DNA of 64,000 nt from Psammoneis japonica (Eukaryota), in NCBI GenBank assembly GCA_008632985.1, contig QPGO01000039.1:310001-374000 (forward strand), in the 5' to 3' direction. The notes beneath the pieces are model-generated. The model was given only the letters and a program-made list of their open reading frames with translations. It was not told the DNA's origin and did not search any database. A program made the translations under genes and the position numbers. Every line of letters begins with the position of its first letter. Positions within the stretch are counted from its first letter, which is position 1. This document shows positions 23,977 through 36,854 of this stretch, piece after piece.

Positions 23977-24560
23977 ATTTGCGAATAAAGTGTAGTACCA
24001 ACGGGTTGCTTTACAAAAGAGATAGTATGATGCAGTCTGCTGCTGTTCAATGGTTGTTGGTGTTGATGTTGTGTTGTTGTTGAGCGATAATCCAAATCTG
24101 AAATCTGGGCGATTGAAAAGCCCTGCGTAGATTGATACTGATATATACGTATGTAGAAAAATACAAAGAGGCACTGTATGCCGGAATCTTTGAACAATTC
24201 GACTGACGAATTTTGGACTACTCTACTCTCTACCGTACTACTCTACTCTAGAGCTAGCAGCTACTCTAGAGAGCACTTTAGAGCTACTCTCTAGAGAGAG
24301 CACTTTGACTTACAGACCTCCCAGTTGGGAGTGACTCTAGAGTAGAGAGTCAAAATAATCTCAAATCTTGTTGTATATGAATATGATGTAGCTCCGAACA
24401 CTCCGAATGGAAATGGATTTTGGAAGGCGTTCATTCATGAATTGCATAAGAGATCAGACTTTTAAGTAGCCTCTATCTCTCTAATAGTAGAGGCAACAAA
24501 TAACACTGTAAAAGCCAATAATTCGCGCAAGATAACTTCTATAATATTACAGTCACAAAT

Positions 24561-26072
24561 CTACGCAAGCACTTGTTGCATGTCCTTGATGAAATTGGCC
24601 GCTGCCGTTGGCGCAAAGGATCTAGCCAACATTTCCGGTACGCCAGGGGAGTAAACGTGCGTAATGGTTGTCATTTCACACTGATTGTTTCCATAGGGTC
24701 GCAACAAATTGACTCCAAGGAGCATTTCACTCCTCACAACATTCTTCCTGGGGTTCTCGACAACCCCGTCTTGTTCCCAAACCGACCTCGATGTCAAGAG
24801 ATACGAAGAGTCATCGTCTTCTGCGGCGTGTGCATAAATCAACGACTTCATTTCAATGGTTTTACGAACAAATGGCGGCTTGTTGAGACTGGAGTTGATT
24901 CTTGCCATTCTTGGTTTCTCGTCATCGTCATGGAGCAAGACACAAACCGTCTCGCGTCCAAGACTCATCTTGTTATATTCTTGAACACGGTCATTGTCAA
25001 AAATCAAATCCAACACTTGGCGAGGCGTGGCATTCACGATTCCACGCGCCTTGAGAACCGGCAAGTGGCTTCCAAAGCCCTTGTGCGTGACTTCACCGCT
25101 CCATACGAGAACGTCTTTTTCTACATTCAGTCCCTTGGCTAGAATCTTTTCCGTGTCACGAGTGGGCTTGAAACCCTCCTCGGACGTGATTGTCTTGAGA
25201 CCCAACTTTGACAAGGCCTCCAAGACGGAATCAAGATCATCATCGAGAGAAAAGAATTCATTGTCTTGGGTACATTCGAGATTCAAATCATGCACCCGCA
25301 TAAAAGACTCACAACGAGCTGGCATGGAGACGCTCTTTCTGAAAGAAGTGCGTCGTCGTGCCTCCACCAGCAGAGCTTGATCCTTTTCCAGCAACGCGCG
25401 TGACTTGTTTAGAGCGTTTTGCAACTCTTGAATCTCACTCTGGGTATGCGCAATGCGAGCTTCAATAACCGCAACGCAACTCAACGAGTTGCTGTTGCTT
25501 TCTGTCAGCAATTCATCGCTTTCATTGGGTGGCCACGAACGAAGCGTTTCTGTCGTCATGGCTCTCTCTCGAGCAACGTGTTCTGAACTTTCCGCCAGAG
25601 ACACTTCTTCTTTGTCATTATTGCTCTTGTTTCGGCGACGGCCGATTTTCTTTTTGAGTCGTTTTAGACGGGATTTGCGTTTCTTTTTTCGTTCATTTAC
25701 GGATGATTCAGCTGTCAAGCCACTGCGCGAGGCAGTTGTAGTACTTGCCAAGGTGGTATCATCTTCGTCGTCCTTTTCTAGAACCACAAAATCGTCGTCC
25801 TCTACCTTTTCAATCGCGATAATTTCTTCCTCCACACCGTTCTCAACAATGTCAATAACATCGTCCACAGGAACGATAGCATTTCGTTGAGGAACAACTG
25901 ATACTCCAAACAGCTGCTTCAACAAGGGAGGCATGGCTATGCAACAATCATTTTCGGTTGAATTCAACCGAACTTCTGGAGATTTTTTGCCTGCATCAGA
26001 AGTAGGTAGCAAAACGGTATTGCCTTCCTCTTCCGATAGCTCGTGCTTTCTGAGAATATTTTGCGGTGGCAT
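24561..26072 (-). CDS. START-like lipid-binding domain protein with N-terminal acidic/basic and coiled-coil region
   Basis: LKARGIVNATPRQVLDLIFD...YNKMSLGR...YLLTSRSV...VRSEMLLGVNLLRP...MTTITHV. Confidence 0.8.
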   Translation of the reverse strand: MPPQNILRKHELSEEEGNTVLLPTSDAGKKSPEVRLNSTENDCCIAMPPLLKQLFGVSVVPQRNAIVPVDDVIDIVENGVEEEIIAIEKVEDDDFVVLEKDDEDDTTLASTTTASRSGLTAESSVNERKKKRKSRLKRLKKKIGRRRNKSNNDKEEVSLAESSEHVARERAMTTETLRSWPPNESDELLTESNSNSLSCVAVIEARIAHTQSEIQELQNALNKSRALLEKDQALLVEARRRTSFRKSVSMPARCESFMRVHDLNLECTQDNEFFSLDDDLDSVLEALSKLGLKTITSEEGFKPTRDTEKILAKGLNVEKDVLVWSGEVTHKGFGSHLPVLKARGIVNATPRQVLDLIFDNDRVQEYNKMSLGRETVCVLLHDDDEKPRMARINSSLNKPPFVRKTIEMKSLIYAHAAEDDDSSYLLTSRSVWEQDGVVENPRKNVVRSEMLLGVNLLRPYGNNQCEMTTITHVYSPGVPEMLARSFAPTAAANFIKDMQQVLA

Positions 26073-26958
26073 GGCTGCTGTGCTTACAAGACAAGCCGAT
26101 ATGATGAGCTACACAATCCGAAGTATACAATGTAGAGAATAAAAACGCTGCTCTTTATCGACAACAATCACAACAACTACGAGCAGATGTGAAAGCAAAA
26201 AACAAGAAAGTGTGCGTCGATGGATGCGGAGGTCGTGTTTGCACGACCACGTTTAGGCGGCAACGCGACTGTCTTTGAACTTCGTCTCAAAGTAAGCCAA
26301 ATAAATCAACATCGTATCCGTCAGCAAAAGTGCCGTCGCTGAAACGAGAAGCACCGTACGACTAGCAGACATCTTTGCGGGAAAGCCGATCGAGTAAAAG
26401 AGCCTGTTTTTTGAGTTGAAAATTGTGGAAATCGTTTGCTTCAGAAAAGCTACAGACAACAACAACAACAGCTTCAAGGTGCAGCTGCTGAGATTGTTCA
26501 TGGAACAAAAAAGGAGATGTTTGCTTGTTGGAAAAGAGTGGGCCACTGTTTCAAGTGCTCCACGTTTCTCATTGTGGCAAGTGTGGAGAGTCTTTCAACT
26601 CACCTCCTGTTTCTTGTGGAGTCTTTCTCAACTCTCCTCACGACCCTCCCACCGGTAGAGAAGCGAAAGTAATTTACTACACAGCTTCTGGAAGGTGCAG
26701 GCGAAACTGAAAAAAAAAATGGTGTCCTCGGCCAGTCGTGATGTTGAATCCGCCACCATGCCACGTCCACGACTGAAAAACACAACCCATGACCCAAACT
26801 TCAAACTGCATTTTCATTCTCATCTTGCGAAGACTCCTCTTGCGTGTCAACACGTCGATGCGAACCGAAAGAAAAGCATATTTCGCTCTCTCTACTCTCT
26901 AGAGTAGAGCAAGAGAGAGTGTATCTCATAAACAAGACAGCTTTCCATCCATAGCATC

Positions 26959-28641
26959 ATGTTGTTTCGGTCTTTGCTACGAATCTTTCTGATGACGAGG
27001 ATGCTCGTTCAGGGAGCAAAAACCAAGTCTGATTTTCTGGTGGAGAATTTGGAAACAGTCGAACCAGCGTATGCGTTGTTCGAAGGTGACATGTATGCCG
27101 GTACTTTACCCATTCACAACGATGATGCAAACGGAGAAATCATGTTTTGGTTGTTTGATCCGTCCGCGCCAACCGTGGATGATTCCATGGTGATTTGGTT
27201 GAATGGCGGACCCGGTTGTTCCAGCTTTCTCGCGGGTCTCATGCTGGAGAACTCGCCCGTCATGGTTACTCCACACCCAGCTGGATACTGTTGCATGACT
27301 CCGGACGAGCCACTGGCTTACAATCCATATGCTTGGACCAATGCTACCGCTATGCTTTATGTCGAACAACCTGTGGGAGTAGGGTTCTCGAACGGAGGAA
27401 AGGAACCCAACAACGAAGAGGATGTAGCTCGTGATATGTATGGATTCTTGGTTAACTTTTACAAAGTCTTTACGGATTTTCAGCCCAAACGACTCTTTAT
27501 CGTTGGAGAGAGCTATGCTGGAATGTACGTCCCTTCGATTGCTCGGTACATTCACTTGGAAACTACACAGTTCCGAAAGGGCAAAGTTTCGGGTCGTGTG
27601 GATATGCACTTGTCCGGAATTGCCTTGGGCAACGGTTGGGTGGATCCCGAAATTCAAGGACCAGCCACGATTGATTATGGCTATTGGCATGGTTTGATTG
27701 ATTCCTATACACGCGATGCATTGCATAAAGAATGGCAACACTGTATGGAGTCGCCCAGAAAAGAGAAAGAGCCAAGTCCCTTTCACAAGTTTAATCCACC
27801 TGATGATTGCGGAATGATGGGAGCCATTCTAACGGCTGCGGGAGCTGATCAAAAATGGCCCGGCATGGAAACGCCCTACATGGGCCTTAATGGTTACGAC
27901 GTGTCTTCGTGGGATAACTACAATGAGTTTATTCTCAAAGAGACGAACAATACCATCATTCGATTCTTTAACAATCCTAAAGTGAAGGAAATGCTCCACG
28001 CACCCCCTGACATTGACTGGCAAGGATGCATCCCTGGAGCCGGCCGACGTCGTCTTTTATCGACGCGGAATCTAATGTTGGACAATGACGAGCCCAACTC
28101 AACCGTACCATACATGGCGGAATTGTTGGACGCAGGTGTTCCGGTGCTTGTTTACAACGGCGATCTGGACCTAACCACGTGTGCCCAGGGGAGCGAAGCG
28201 GCGCTGAATGGCATGGATTGGCATGGCGCTCAAGGATGGCCACAGGCCGAACGGGCTCTTTGGATCTCCAATAATCGGTCTGCTGGATACGCCAAGGAGC
28301 ACGAGGATCTGTCCTTTGTAGTTGTGTACAACAGTGGTCACTTGGTGCCAATGAACCAGCCAGCGGTGGCGTTAGATCTCATTACGCGGTTTTTGCAAAG
28401 GCGTAGCTTTGCCGATTACGTACTCCCGTCCTTTCGCAACAATTTGAATGGCAGCACTTCCGAGAAGCAAGACACGCCACCGACTCGGCATGATTGGTCC
28501 TTCTTCATGAAAGGGTTTCTCTTGGGTCTAATTTCAGGTCTGTTGATGGTTGCAGTTACTTTATACACGACACGTCGCTTACGCGGACGTAGATTTAGGG
28601 AATACGAGGAAATCTCCTCAGCCGGAGTTGAGATTGAGTGA
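26959..28641 (+). CDS. Serine carboxypeptidase S10 with C-terminal TM (Kex1-like)
   Basis: WLNGGPGCSS, YVEQPVGVGFS, GESYAG, YNGDLD and SGHLVP motifs; C-terminal hydrophobic helix. Confidence 0.95.
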   Translation: MLFRSLLRIFLMTRMLVQGAKTKSDFLVENLETVEPAYALFEGDMYAGTLPIHNDDANGEIMFWLFDPSAPTVDDSMVIWLNGGPGCSSFLAGLMLENSPVMVTPHPAGYCCMTPDEPLAYNPYAWTNATAMLYVEQPVGVGFSNGGKEPNNEEDVARDMYGFLVNFYKVFTDFQPKRLFIVGESYAGMYVPSIARYIHLETTQFRKGKVSGRVDMHLSGIALGNGWVDPEIQGPATIDYGYWHGLIDSYTRDALHKEWQHCMESPRKEKEPSPFHKFNPPDDCGMMGAILTAAGADQKWPGMETPYMGLNGYDVSSWDNYNEFILKETNNTIIRFFNNPKVKEMLHAPPDIDWQGCIPGAGRRRLLSTRNLMLDNDEPNSTVPYMAELLDAGVPVLVYNGDLDLTTCAQGSEAALNGMDWHGAQGWPQAERALWISNNRSAGYAKEHEDLSFVVVYNSGHLVPMNQPAVALDLITRFLQRRSFADYVLPSFRNNLNGSTSEKQDTPPTRHDWSFFMKGFLLGLISGLLMVAVTLYTTRRLRGRRFREYEEISSAGVEIE

Positions 28642-29246
28642 GCATTATCTCGGCCGCAAGTAGAGTAGGATATAAGCTAAACCACTACGATTCGTGTACT
28701 GAGTAGATAACCCAGACAACCGCCCCACACATGAATCACAAGGAGACCATGTCCTTTGCCATCGTGACAAGATCTCAACACTTGAGAATCCGACCATCCC
28801 TTCTCACCGAAAATTGCCGAGAGTGGACTGAACTCAGGAATCTTCTGCACAAAGCCGTCAGCCCATGAGAGCAACAGATTCAATCCAACAAAAGAGACGC
28901 CACTTGGGTAGAGGGGATACGGAATGGAAATCTTGCCAACAATAACCTCTAGTAGATCATCCTCTGGACCTGCGGGGTGATGTGTTGCATGGACAACTGG
29001 CCAGTGGGTTTCACTCACCCTTGTCACCTTTCAAGCACTACACAGTGGTATGGTGACAAAGTGACCGCTTTTTTATCACAGCAGCGTATCCAATGGCGCG
29101 GTGTGACTGCATCGTGGTCTGTGTAAGTTGTTAGATTATAAAGACATCTTTTAAAAATTCATCTAAGGTCATGCCGGAAGACTCAAACCCGGTACATATT
29201 CTTGGTCACTACACTACCTCCTTTTGTCACCCGTTGCTATTCATTT

Positions 29247-30487
29247 CTACTGCAAAATGACTGGCTCGGGCGGGGAGTTTGGTTGGAGAAAAAAGTCATG
29301 ATGCTGTCCATCTACTACAAGTCGGGAGTTTTCGGACCCAACATTATTTCTCGAGGAATCAATGTGTTGGTATTCAATCTTTTTGTAATATCCATTGTAC
29401 ATGACATAGGCAAGGCAACCACCAACCATCACGAGAAAGAATTTGCGGAAACCACCAACGCCTCTCTTCTTCTTTTCGGGAGATTCTTGATACTCTTGTG
29501 CCTGATTCTTCTCACCAGTAGTTGTAGGTTCTTTTTTGTTTTCGTCCTTGTGCATGGTTGTGCTGTTGTTGTCGGGCTTGGTGGCACTACTATTTCCAAT
29601 GTCAGCAGCGGCAGCAATCTTAACACTTTCCGTGTACAGGGCAACCAATCCAGCATCATTCATGCAGGTGACATTGACAACACCCACCTCATGCAATGCC
29701 GATTTTAGTAGATTGACTCCCTTGGATGACTCGCAATTATTAGACTTGTTGGTAACATTGTTTTGAAAATAAATCGTGGCAGACGTCACCTTGTTGTCCA
29801 TAAACTTGGAAATGGCACTGCGTTGTAGGAATTGAGCATCGGCCAAGGGTTCCATGACAATCCGAACATGACCTTGTACTTGAGATGCAAATTTGGAATA
29901 GACTTTTGAAGGATATAACAAAAAGAGAGAAAACAGAGAAATAAGTGGAACGGTAAAGAAACACGCGCAATACATCCAAAACACAGCATGCACACAGCAC
30001 ATACGCACCCGCACTCCAAAAGGACCAATAGGCCTTGCTTTTTTCCACGGAACAATTGTCTCGTTGATCGACACCACAAAAGACCAAGTCTCGAAAGAGT
30101 GCTCCACCGGCGTATCCTCGGGAGTTACCAGACCCGGAGTTGTGAATGTTGATTTAGTACTACAAACAATTTCAACACAAACAAGGCCTTGTTTCGGGGA
30201 GGAGAGCCAAACGAGACTTGTTGTTGTAGATACTCATGAAACAAACTTGGTTCAATGTCGGCATCCAAATGATTCTCGAGAATATTCATAAAGGAACCAA
30301 CCAAAGCGGGGCATGACGATGATTCTTCTTCTGGAATGGGTGGACAAAAGTAGCATCGTCCTTCGAGAATCTCCTTGAGATAAAGTGATTGAGTTTTGTC
30401 GTTTGCAGTCACCAAGGAAGAAAGCAACAACATACTGACAACAGCAGTCAATGGCAAGAGACTACAAATGCGCTTCATCATTGTCAT
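29247..30487 (-). CDS. CD38/BST1-like ADP-ribosyl cyclase / NAD glycohydrolase homologue, type I membrane topology; intron 29903-30008 and two apparent frameshifts
   Basis: Reconstructed as signal peptide, LKEILEGRCY, PPRNKALF, VTPEDTP(G)GALFRDLVFCG, YWSFWSAV|YSKFASQVQGHVRIVM, NKVTSATIY, NNCESS...NVTC, then a TM helix. Confidence 0.72.
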
Positions 30488-30861
30488 GGGGGGGTCGCAG
30501 CAACGCAAGAGAGAGGTTCTTGTTACACAATCTGTGTTGTGGTTCTCAAAGGTGACGCGTATCTTTTTCGTTCTTGCGCTTTTTGTTCTTTTTGCGTTGC
30601 ACGACTCGAGATCTTTTCTGCACGTCGTCCGCAACAACTTCCGGGTTTTTTGGAGGGGCGCGCGAATAAAAGCTGGCGCGCATGCAGGATGATCCCACTC
30701 CATCCATCCAACGACGACCATCAACGCGAGCGACGAGCGACGACCGACGACCACCAACCACACAACAAGTACCACAACAAAGTTAGCTCTCACCCTCTTT
30801 GTTGTTTTGCCTTGTTGTTGAAGTCTACGTCGCACTGTATTTGATTCACAACTACTACAGT

Positions 30862-33800
30862 ATGGTGGATCATAACAACAAGCGTCGCAAATTCCATGAT
30901 AAGGACAAGTATTATCGACGTAAGTGTCGTGTGTTTTTACAAGTTTGTTCTCCCTCGCGATTCTCTCGCTCAACACGTTTTCTCTTATACATTATTATGA
31001 TAGTCGCCAAGGAGCAGGGCTTACGGAGTCGTGCTGCCTTTAAATTGAGTCAAATCAATCGCAAATTTCCAATATTGGAAAATGCCAAGGTTGTTTTGGA
31101 TTTGTGTGCCGCTCCCGGGGGTTGGACGCAAATCGCCTCGAAAACATCGAATAGTCTCGTGATTGCCGTGGATATTTTACCCATTCGTCCATTGGGACAA
31201 CCCAATGTTGTGACATTGGTGGGTGATATTACGACAGATCAATGCAAGTCTGCCATTACACGTACATTACAACAAAATTCCATCAATTCTCAAGTCGATG
31301 TGGTATTGCACGATGGTGCACCCAATGTGGGTGCATCGTACGATAAGGATGCCTATCAACAAGTCGAATTGGCACTCCATGCACTCAAGTGTGCTACACA
31401 ACATTTGCGTCACAATGGAAGCTTTGTCACGAAATTATATCGTAGTCGAGATTATCCAAGTTATGTTTGGGTTGCCAAACAATTGTTTGAAACCGTCCAA
31501 GCCGTGAAACCCACCGCGAGTCGTGGTCAATCGGCGGAAATCTTTTTAGTCTGTCAGGATATCATGCGGCTGAGTCTTCCATTGATGCACGCATGTTGGA
31601 CCCCAAGTATATTTTTGAATCCGTCCAAGGTGATTCGACCGGTGGTGGCAATAATTCTACGACTCTAAATGCCAATGTCTTTTCCAAGAATAACAAGCCA
31701 CGTCGTCAACGCAATGGATACGATATGGAACATTTGGATGCCACCATGCAACATGTTCAACCCGTGGCGGATTTTATCGAGTCAACGTCTACCAACGATG
31801 ATAATCCAATTCTCATGTTGTCCAAGTGTACCGGCATGAGCTTTTGTTGTCCCAAATGTCAAGACAATAGCGAAGCATTGTTGTGCAATTGCGCCTTTTA
31901 TTTGAAGCATGCCAATGCGAAATTAAGAATGCTTGACGGATTTACAAGTTCTCAACAAGAGTGATTTCAAGAATTTATTAACATGGCGTACCAAAATTCA
32001 AAGCTTAGTCAAGGAACGAGACGAACAACAACAAGAGAACGACGACGAGGATGCATCCTCTGACGACGATGACGACGTTCAAGTGAACAAGAACAACAAG
32101 AACAAGATACAGAAGACGCCATTCAAGCCGAAATTGAACAAGTTCGTCATTTGCGATTGCGTCAAGCGAAAAAAGTCAAGAAAAAGGAACGAGCACTTGC
32201 CGCCAAACGGAGGAAACGAGCCGCGTTGGGTATGGATTTGAATGCCATTGAAGTTCCCGACAATGAAAAAATCTTTTCTCTTGCAACCATTACGTCCAAG
32301 GGAGAATTGGAAGCCATTGTGCAAACCAAGGATAGTAGTAGTACTGTTGTTGTGGAGAACAAGAGTGATGAGAGTGATGAGGAGGACGAGACGAATCATC
32401 AAGAAGACGAGCAAAATGACGACGACGACGATACGGGTTATAGCTATCGATTGGATCGTGAATTGGATGAAGCCTATGATTTGTATTTGAAAACAACCAA
32501 GGATGGATTGGCCAAGAGTGGAACTAAAATGGCCAAACGCTCCAAAAAGCTACAACGTGAAAAGGCGGCACAACAGGCCCAAGAGGATGCACAACTTGTG
32601 GGAGCTGGTGTGGATCAAGATACCAAGGCATATGCGAAAATGTTGTCTCGAGACAATGATAGTGATGATGATGACGATGGAGCTTCCAGCAGTGACGACG
32701 ATGATAATGATGATGGTTTTGCTGCAGAACCAATGACCCCCGAGGAGCATGCTGCCAAGAATGAAACGAAAAAGAAGAAACAAGTCAACCCACTCATTTA
32801 CAAGCTTCCCGACGATCCCGCTTCGGTCAAGACGGCAAGGTGGTTTAGTAATCCGCTCTTTGAAAGTATTGGCAATGCGGCACAGTTGGCATCCATGGGA
32901 AGCGTCAAGAAAAGTAGGCTTGATGAAAAGGAGAGTGATGTGGAAAGCATTGGTAGCAATGACGACAACGACGACAAGCCCAATAACAAAACAGGAATTA
33001 ACGCGGACGAAGTCCTTGCCATGATGCCCAAGACAGACAAGCAGATTCGTCATGAACGTAGAATCAAGGCAATGGAACGTGAAGAGAGGAAAAAGGCACG
33101 AAGAGCCAGGCGAGCTGGAGAAGACGAGGAGGGTGCTGCGGCATTTGAAGTTGCACCGTCCAAAAATCGCGACGAGAATGAGGACGAAAATGTCCTAAAG
33201 CTGGACGGTTTAAGCGAGTCGCAACGAAAGAAGATACTTGATGCTCAAGCACTCATCAAGGCAGGTATGGGGACATCGATTGACCAAAGTGACGGAAAGA
33301 ATTCCTTTGAAGTTGTAGCAACCGAAGCGCAAGACGACTCAAGACCACTTCCCATTAAAGACCACCGCAAGTATGATTCCGAGAACGAGGATTACGATAG
33401 CGACGACTACGTTCAGACTTTGGCATTGGGAACCATGATGCTTCGTCATTCCAAAGCCAAGGCTCTCGTGGATGCGTCCTACAACCGATATGCCTGGAAC
33501 GATCCCGCCGATTTGCCCGACTGGTTTGTCGACGACGAGAATAAGCATTATCGTCCACAGCTTCCCATCCCACCAGCCTTGTTGCAAAAGATGAGGGAAA
33601 AGGTCCTTCACTTGTCTACCAAGCCAATTGCCAAGGTGGCTGAAGCGCGGGCGCGAAAGAGCAAGAGAGCTCGAAACAAACTCATGGCGGCGAAAAAGAA
33701 GGCGGAAGCCGTTGCCAACTCGTCTGACATGTCGGAAGCAATGAAGCTCAAGGCAATCAGTAAGGCGATGCGTAGTTCAGACGCCAAAGGTAGCGGAAAA

Positions 33801-33959
33801 TCATATGTGGTGAGCAAAAAGGGAGGAAAGACAAAGGGTGTCAAGGGTGCGAAAATGGTAGACAAACGAATGAAGAGTGATGCGCGAGGTATGGAGCGTG
33901 CTGAGAAGAAACGAAAGGGCGGAAAAGCAGGAGGTCGGTCCAAGAAGAGGCGTCGTTGA
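30862..33959 (+). CDS. SPB1: 27S pre-rRNA 2'-O-methyltransferase Spb1/FTSJ3; intron 30920-31003; frameshifts near 31560, 31920 and 32080
   Basis: DKYYRLAKEQGLRSRAAFKL after splicing, LDLCAAPGGW, VLHDGAPNVG; C-terminal LPDWFVDDENKH, KVAEARARK and KMVDKRMKSD. Confidence 0.95.
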
Positions 33960-34199
33960 GCAAAGATCAGTTTAAAAAGCTCTTGCGGTACAGTAGCATC
34001 CGTAGCTCTTGTTTGCCATGCGGCTCGCCGGATTCAACGTAGGGTTGTCCCGTCGTCCCGCCAAGAAACAAGTGCCTTCCCAAGAGAACCGCGCGTCGGG
34101 TACCGGTAGTACTGGCTTGTGCAATGTCTAATAAAAACAAACACACAATGGTCATTTAGTAAAATAATAAATTCTAATAAAGTAAATCTTAACAGATGC

Positions 34200-36780
34200 G
34201 GCTCTTGGTGGGCGTGTTTGTGTTTGCGTGGCATTGTGCTGGCAACTGGGTTTGACATGGGGGAAGTTGGATTGGGGGGAAACAACGTGGGCCACTCCTT
34301 TGTTGCTGGAGAGTCATGCCTTCAGATGATGGCACTCAAGCTTGTTGCTGTGGCTCAAAAGAAAAAAGGCCGAAATGAGAAACCCTGGGCTGGGCTGGAC
34401 TGGACAGCAGCTGAGGCAATGGGGAATCCGCAACAATGATGATCTGGAGAGCTGCGTCATCGTCTTGTCCGTCACCATGGTCTGCAAAGTGCAACCTGCC
34501 ATTGTGACAATTTAGAAAGCACCTTGCCCTGGATGAAACCTTTGCAGGGCCATCTGTGGCCATTGGGTTGCCCTTCACACTGCTTGTGCATGCTCGACTG
34601 AGACTGTGATGAATGCTGTGGAAGTTGGAGAGATTGGTCAAGAGTCAACGGGCATCATTCAGGCCTTGGCTGACCTTGATCCAGATGTCAACACCGTTTG
34701 CAGGTTAATTTGAGACTGCCAGTTGGAACTCAAGAGTGAACCCACTTCATTGAAGTTTCTGACTCTCCCCAAACTGTGCTCACCATGCAGTGCATGATTT
34801 GTCACACATGTGGAAAGTGCACGCTGGGGTTTGCTTTTGTGAGTGACAGTTTCCAGCTGCATGAGTCTGACATTTGGCAAGCCTGTTTTCCCAACAGTCA
34901 CCCCACGAGTTGAAACTTGTTGTCATCATTTGCACCCCATGGCTTGTTTTTCAAGAGAGAGGCACTCAAACACAAAGATTTGGGGTCGCACACACAGGTG
35001 ATGATGTCTGTGAAACCTTTGCCTCAGTCAAAGTAGAGACTTCACAAACATGTGGCATTTTCACTTTCAATGTTTGCATCATGAGGTCAAGAACTCTCAA
35101 AAGGCCTGTCTCAGTCATGGTCATCATGATGGCCAAATGATGGAGATTCTTGGAGATGTGAGAAGGTGTTCCAGGATGACAGAGTTTTGCAGCAACAAAG
35201 CAATGGCATGCATGATTGACAGCTGCCATGTGATGTTGTCTTGTGGTCAACATCCACAGTGCCTGGAAAAGATGAAAGCCAAGTTTCATTCTGCTGACAA
35301 AGGAGCAATGAATTTGGACATCATGCCAAACATGAAAAATGTGCTGAACAAGTGCAGCAAACAGTTTGGTTGAAATGACAGCATTGGCATCTGAGCAAAA
35401 CCATTCTCAAGCATGTTCCTCCAGCAGTTGAAGCAATCTTCCAAAGCAGCATGTGTGAACAATTTGGTGCTCTCTGCTGTGAGTCAGTCTTGTGGTTGAC
35501 TTGTTGCTCAATTTGTCACAATCACAACTGCTTCTGCAATCATGCAAAAAGTGCCATCCACCATGATGGCGAGAATCATCACTGTGACACAGCACTTTTG
35601 CACTGCCGCAAGTCAGTCTCACAGTTGCCAGCACAGGCAGCATTCAAAATCTGTGAGCGAAGCTCCCTGCTGGTGTTCAAACCATTTTTTTTTCATGTTG
35701 GCACCCATGCACAGTGTGTCAGGAACACATGGGACAAGCCACACATCACACATTTCCTGTCTGGTGGCAAGGCACAAAAGGGACACACAAAGGTGAGCAA
35801 TCCATTCCATTGTTTTCTCTGTGTTGTTGACTGTGTTGAAAAGATTTGAGCACAAAGACTGTGCTGAATGTGAGGAGTGCTTGTGGTCCGCAGAGGGGGG
35901 TTGTCTCAGCCTCACTCAAAGTTGAGATGTGAATGTGCACACATGACTGTCAAAACTTCTGTGCTGCTTGCACAAGACAGGTGGACAACTGGGCACAGGA
36001 CTCATCTGCTGCCTCAGATGCCCTCAATTGCCTGCCAGGGTGATGCATCAGAGGGACAAATGTCATGACCAAATGATGTGCCCGTCAATGTTGTCAATGA
36101 TTTTTTGTTCATCAACCTCTCCTTGGTGCTCAGTGGGGGCAGACAATTGTGTGCTTTTGGAAGTGCCGCTGCCTTGGCCGCTCATGATTGCCTGCCAGGG
36201 TGATCTGCCAGAGGGCAGATGTTATGACCAAATGATGTGCCTGTCAATGTTGCCAATTGTTTTTTTTTTGTCATTTGTGTGCATGGTTTGGGTTGCCACC
36301 AATCTTCTCATTTTCAACCACCAGCCTGTCTTGGCTTTCAAGGCTGCCCTGTGATGTGTTTGTCCCCCCCCCCCTCCCACACCATCATTGTGCAGGAAGA
36401 AACAGGCAGCACAGTGGGTGGGAGAGCACCCCTCCATCATCAGCTCAGTGTTTGCGGTTTGCTGAAAGCACCTTGCAGATGCACGAAAGTGAAAAAACGC
36501 AACAGATGAAGAGTGTGAGGACATCGTCCCGAGAGAAGAGAAAAAGTCTTCTCCTGCTGCTCTGTCTTTTTCATGACAGCAGGTGCACCTTCTCAAACCC
36601 AACTTAGAACAGGAGGAGATTACCAGAGAAGAGGAGCAGTCCAACATTGTGGACCTGTTGGCTACAACATGCTCTTTTTGGCCGGCAGCGGCAGAATGTG
36701 CCCTGCGACGGACAGAACTCATGGTTTTCCACGTGTTCAGGAACGAACACACCACGCACCGCAGAACAAGAACAACGACA
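34200..36780. mobile_element. Unclassified decayed repeat block
   Basis: Strongly TpA- and CpG-depleted, no credible ORF, with an 80-bp direct repeat at 36027-36105 and 36187-36270. Confidence 0.55.
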
Positions 36781-36854
36781 CTGTAACATGGCTAACAATG
36801 TGTGCGATACTATTATCTATTATCGTCCACAACCCGCGAAACAAAAGGCAAACG

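Noticed and set aside
28677..29027. 116-aa minus-strand ORF between convergent genes
   Set aside because: Non-ATG start and no recognisable motif.
30862..33959. SPB1 as a pseudogene or programmed frameshift gene
   Set aside because: The gene is essential and otherwise conserved, and the breaks look like single-base indels, mostly at short homopolymers. Similar breaks occur in neighbouring genes, so assembly error is most likely. Read data would settle it.
36573..36854. N-terminal extension of the monooxygenase ORF
   Set aside because: It runs into the stop-poor TpA-depleted block, and family similarity begins only after ATG 36855.
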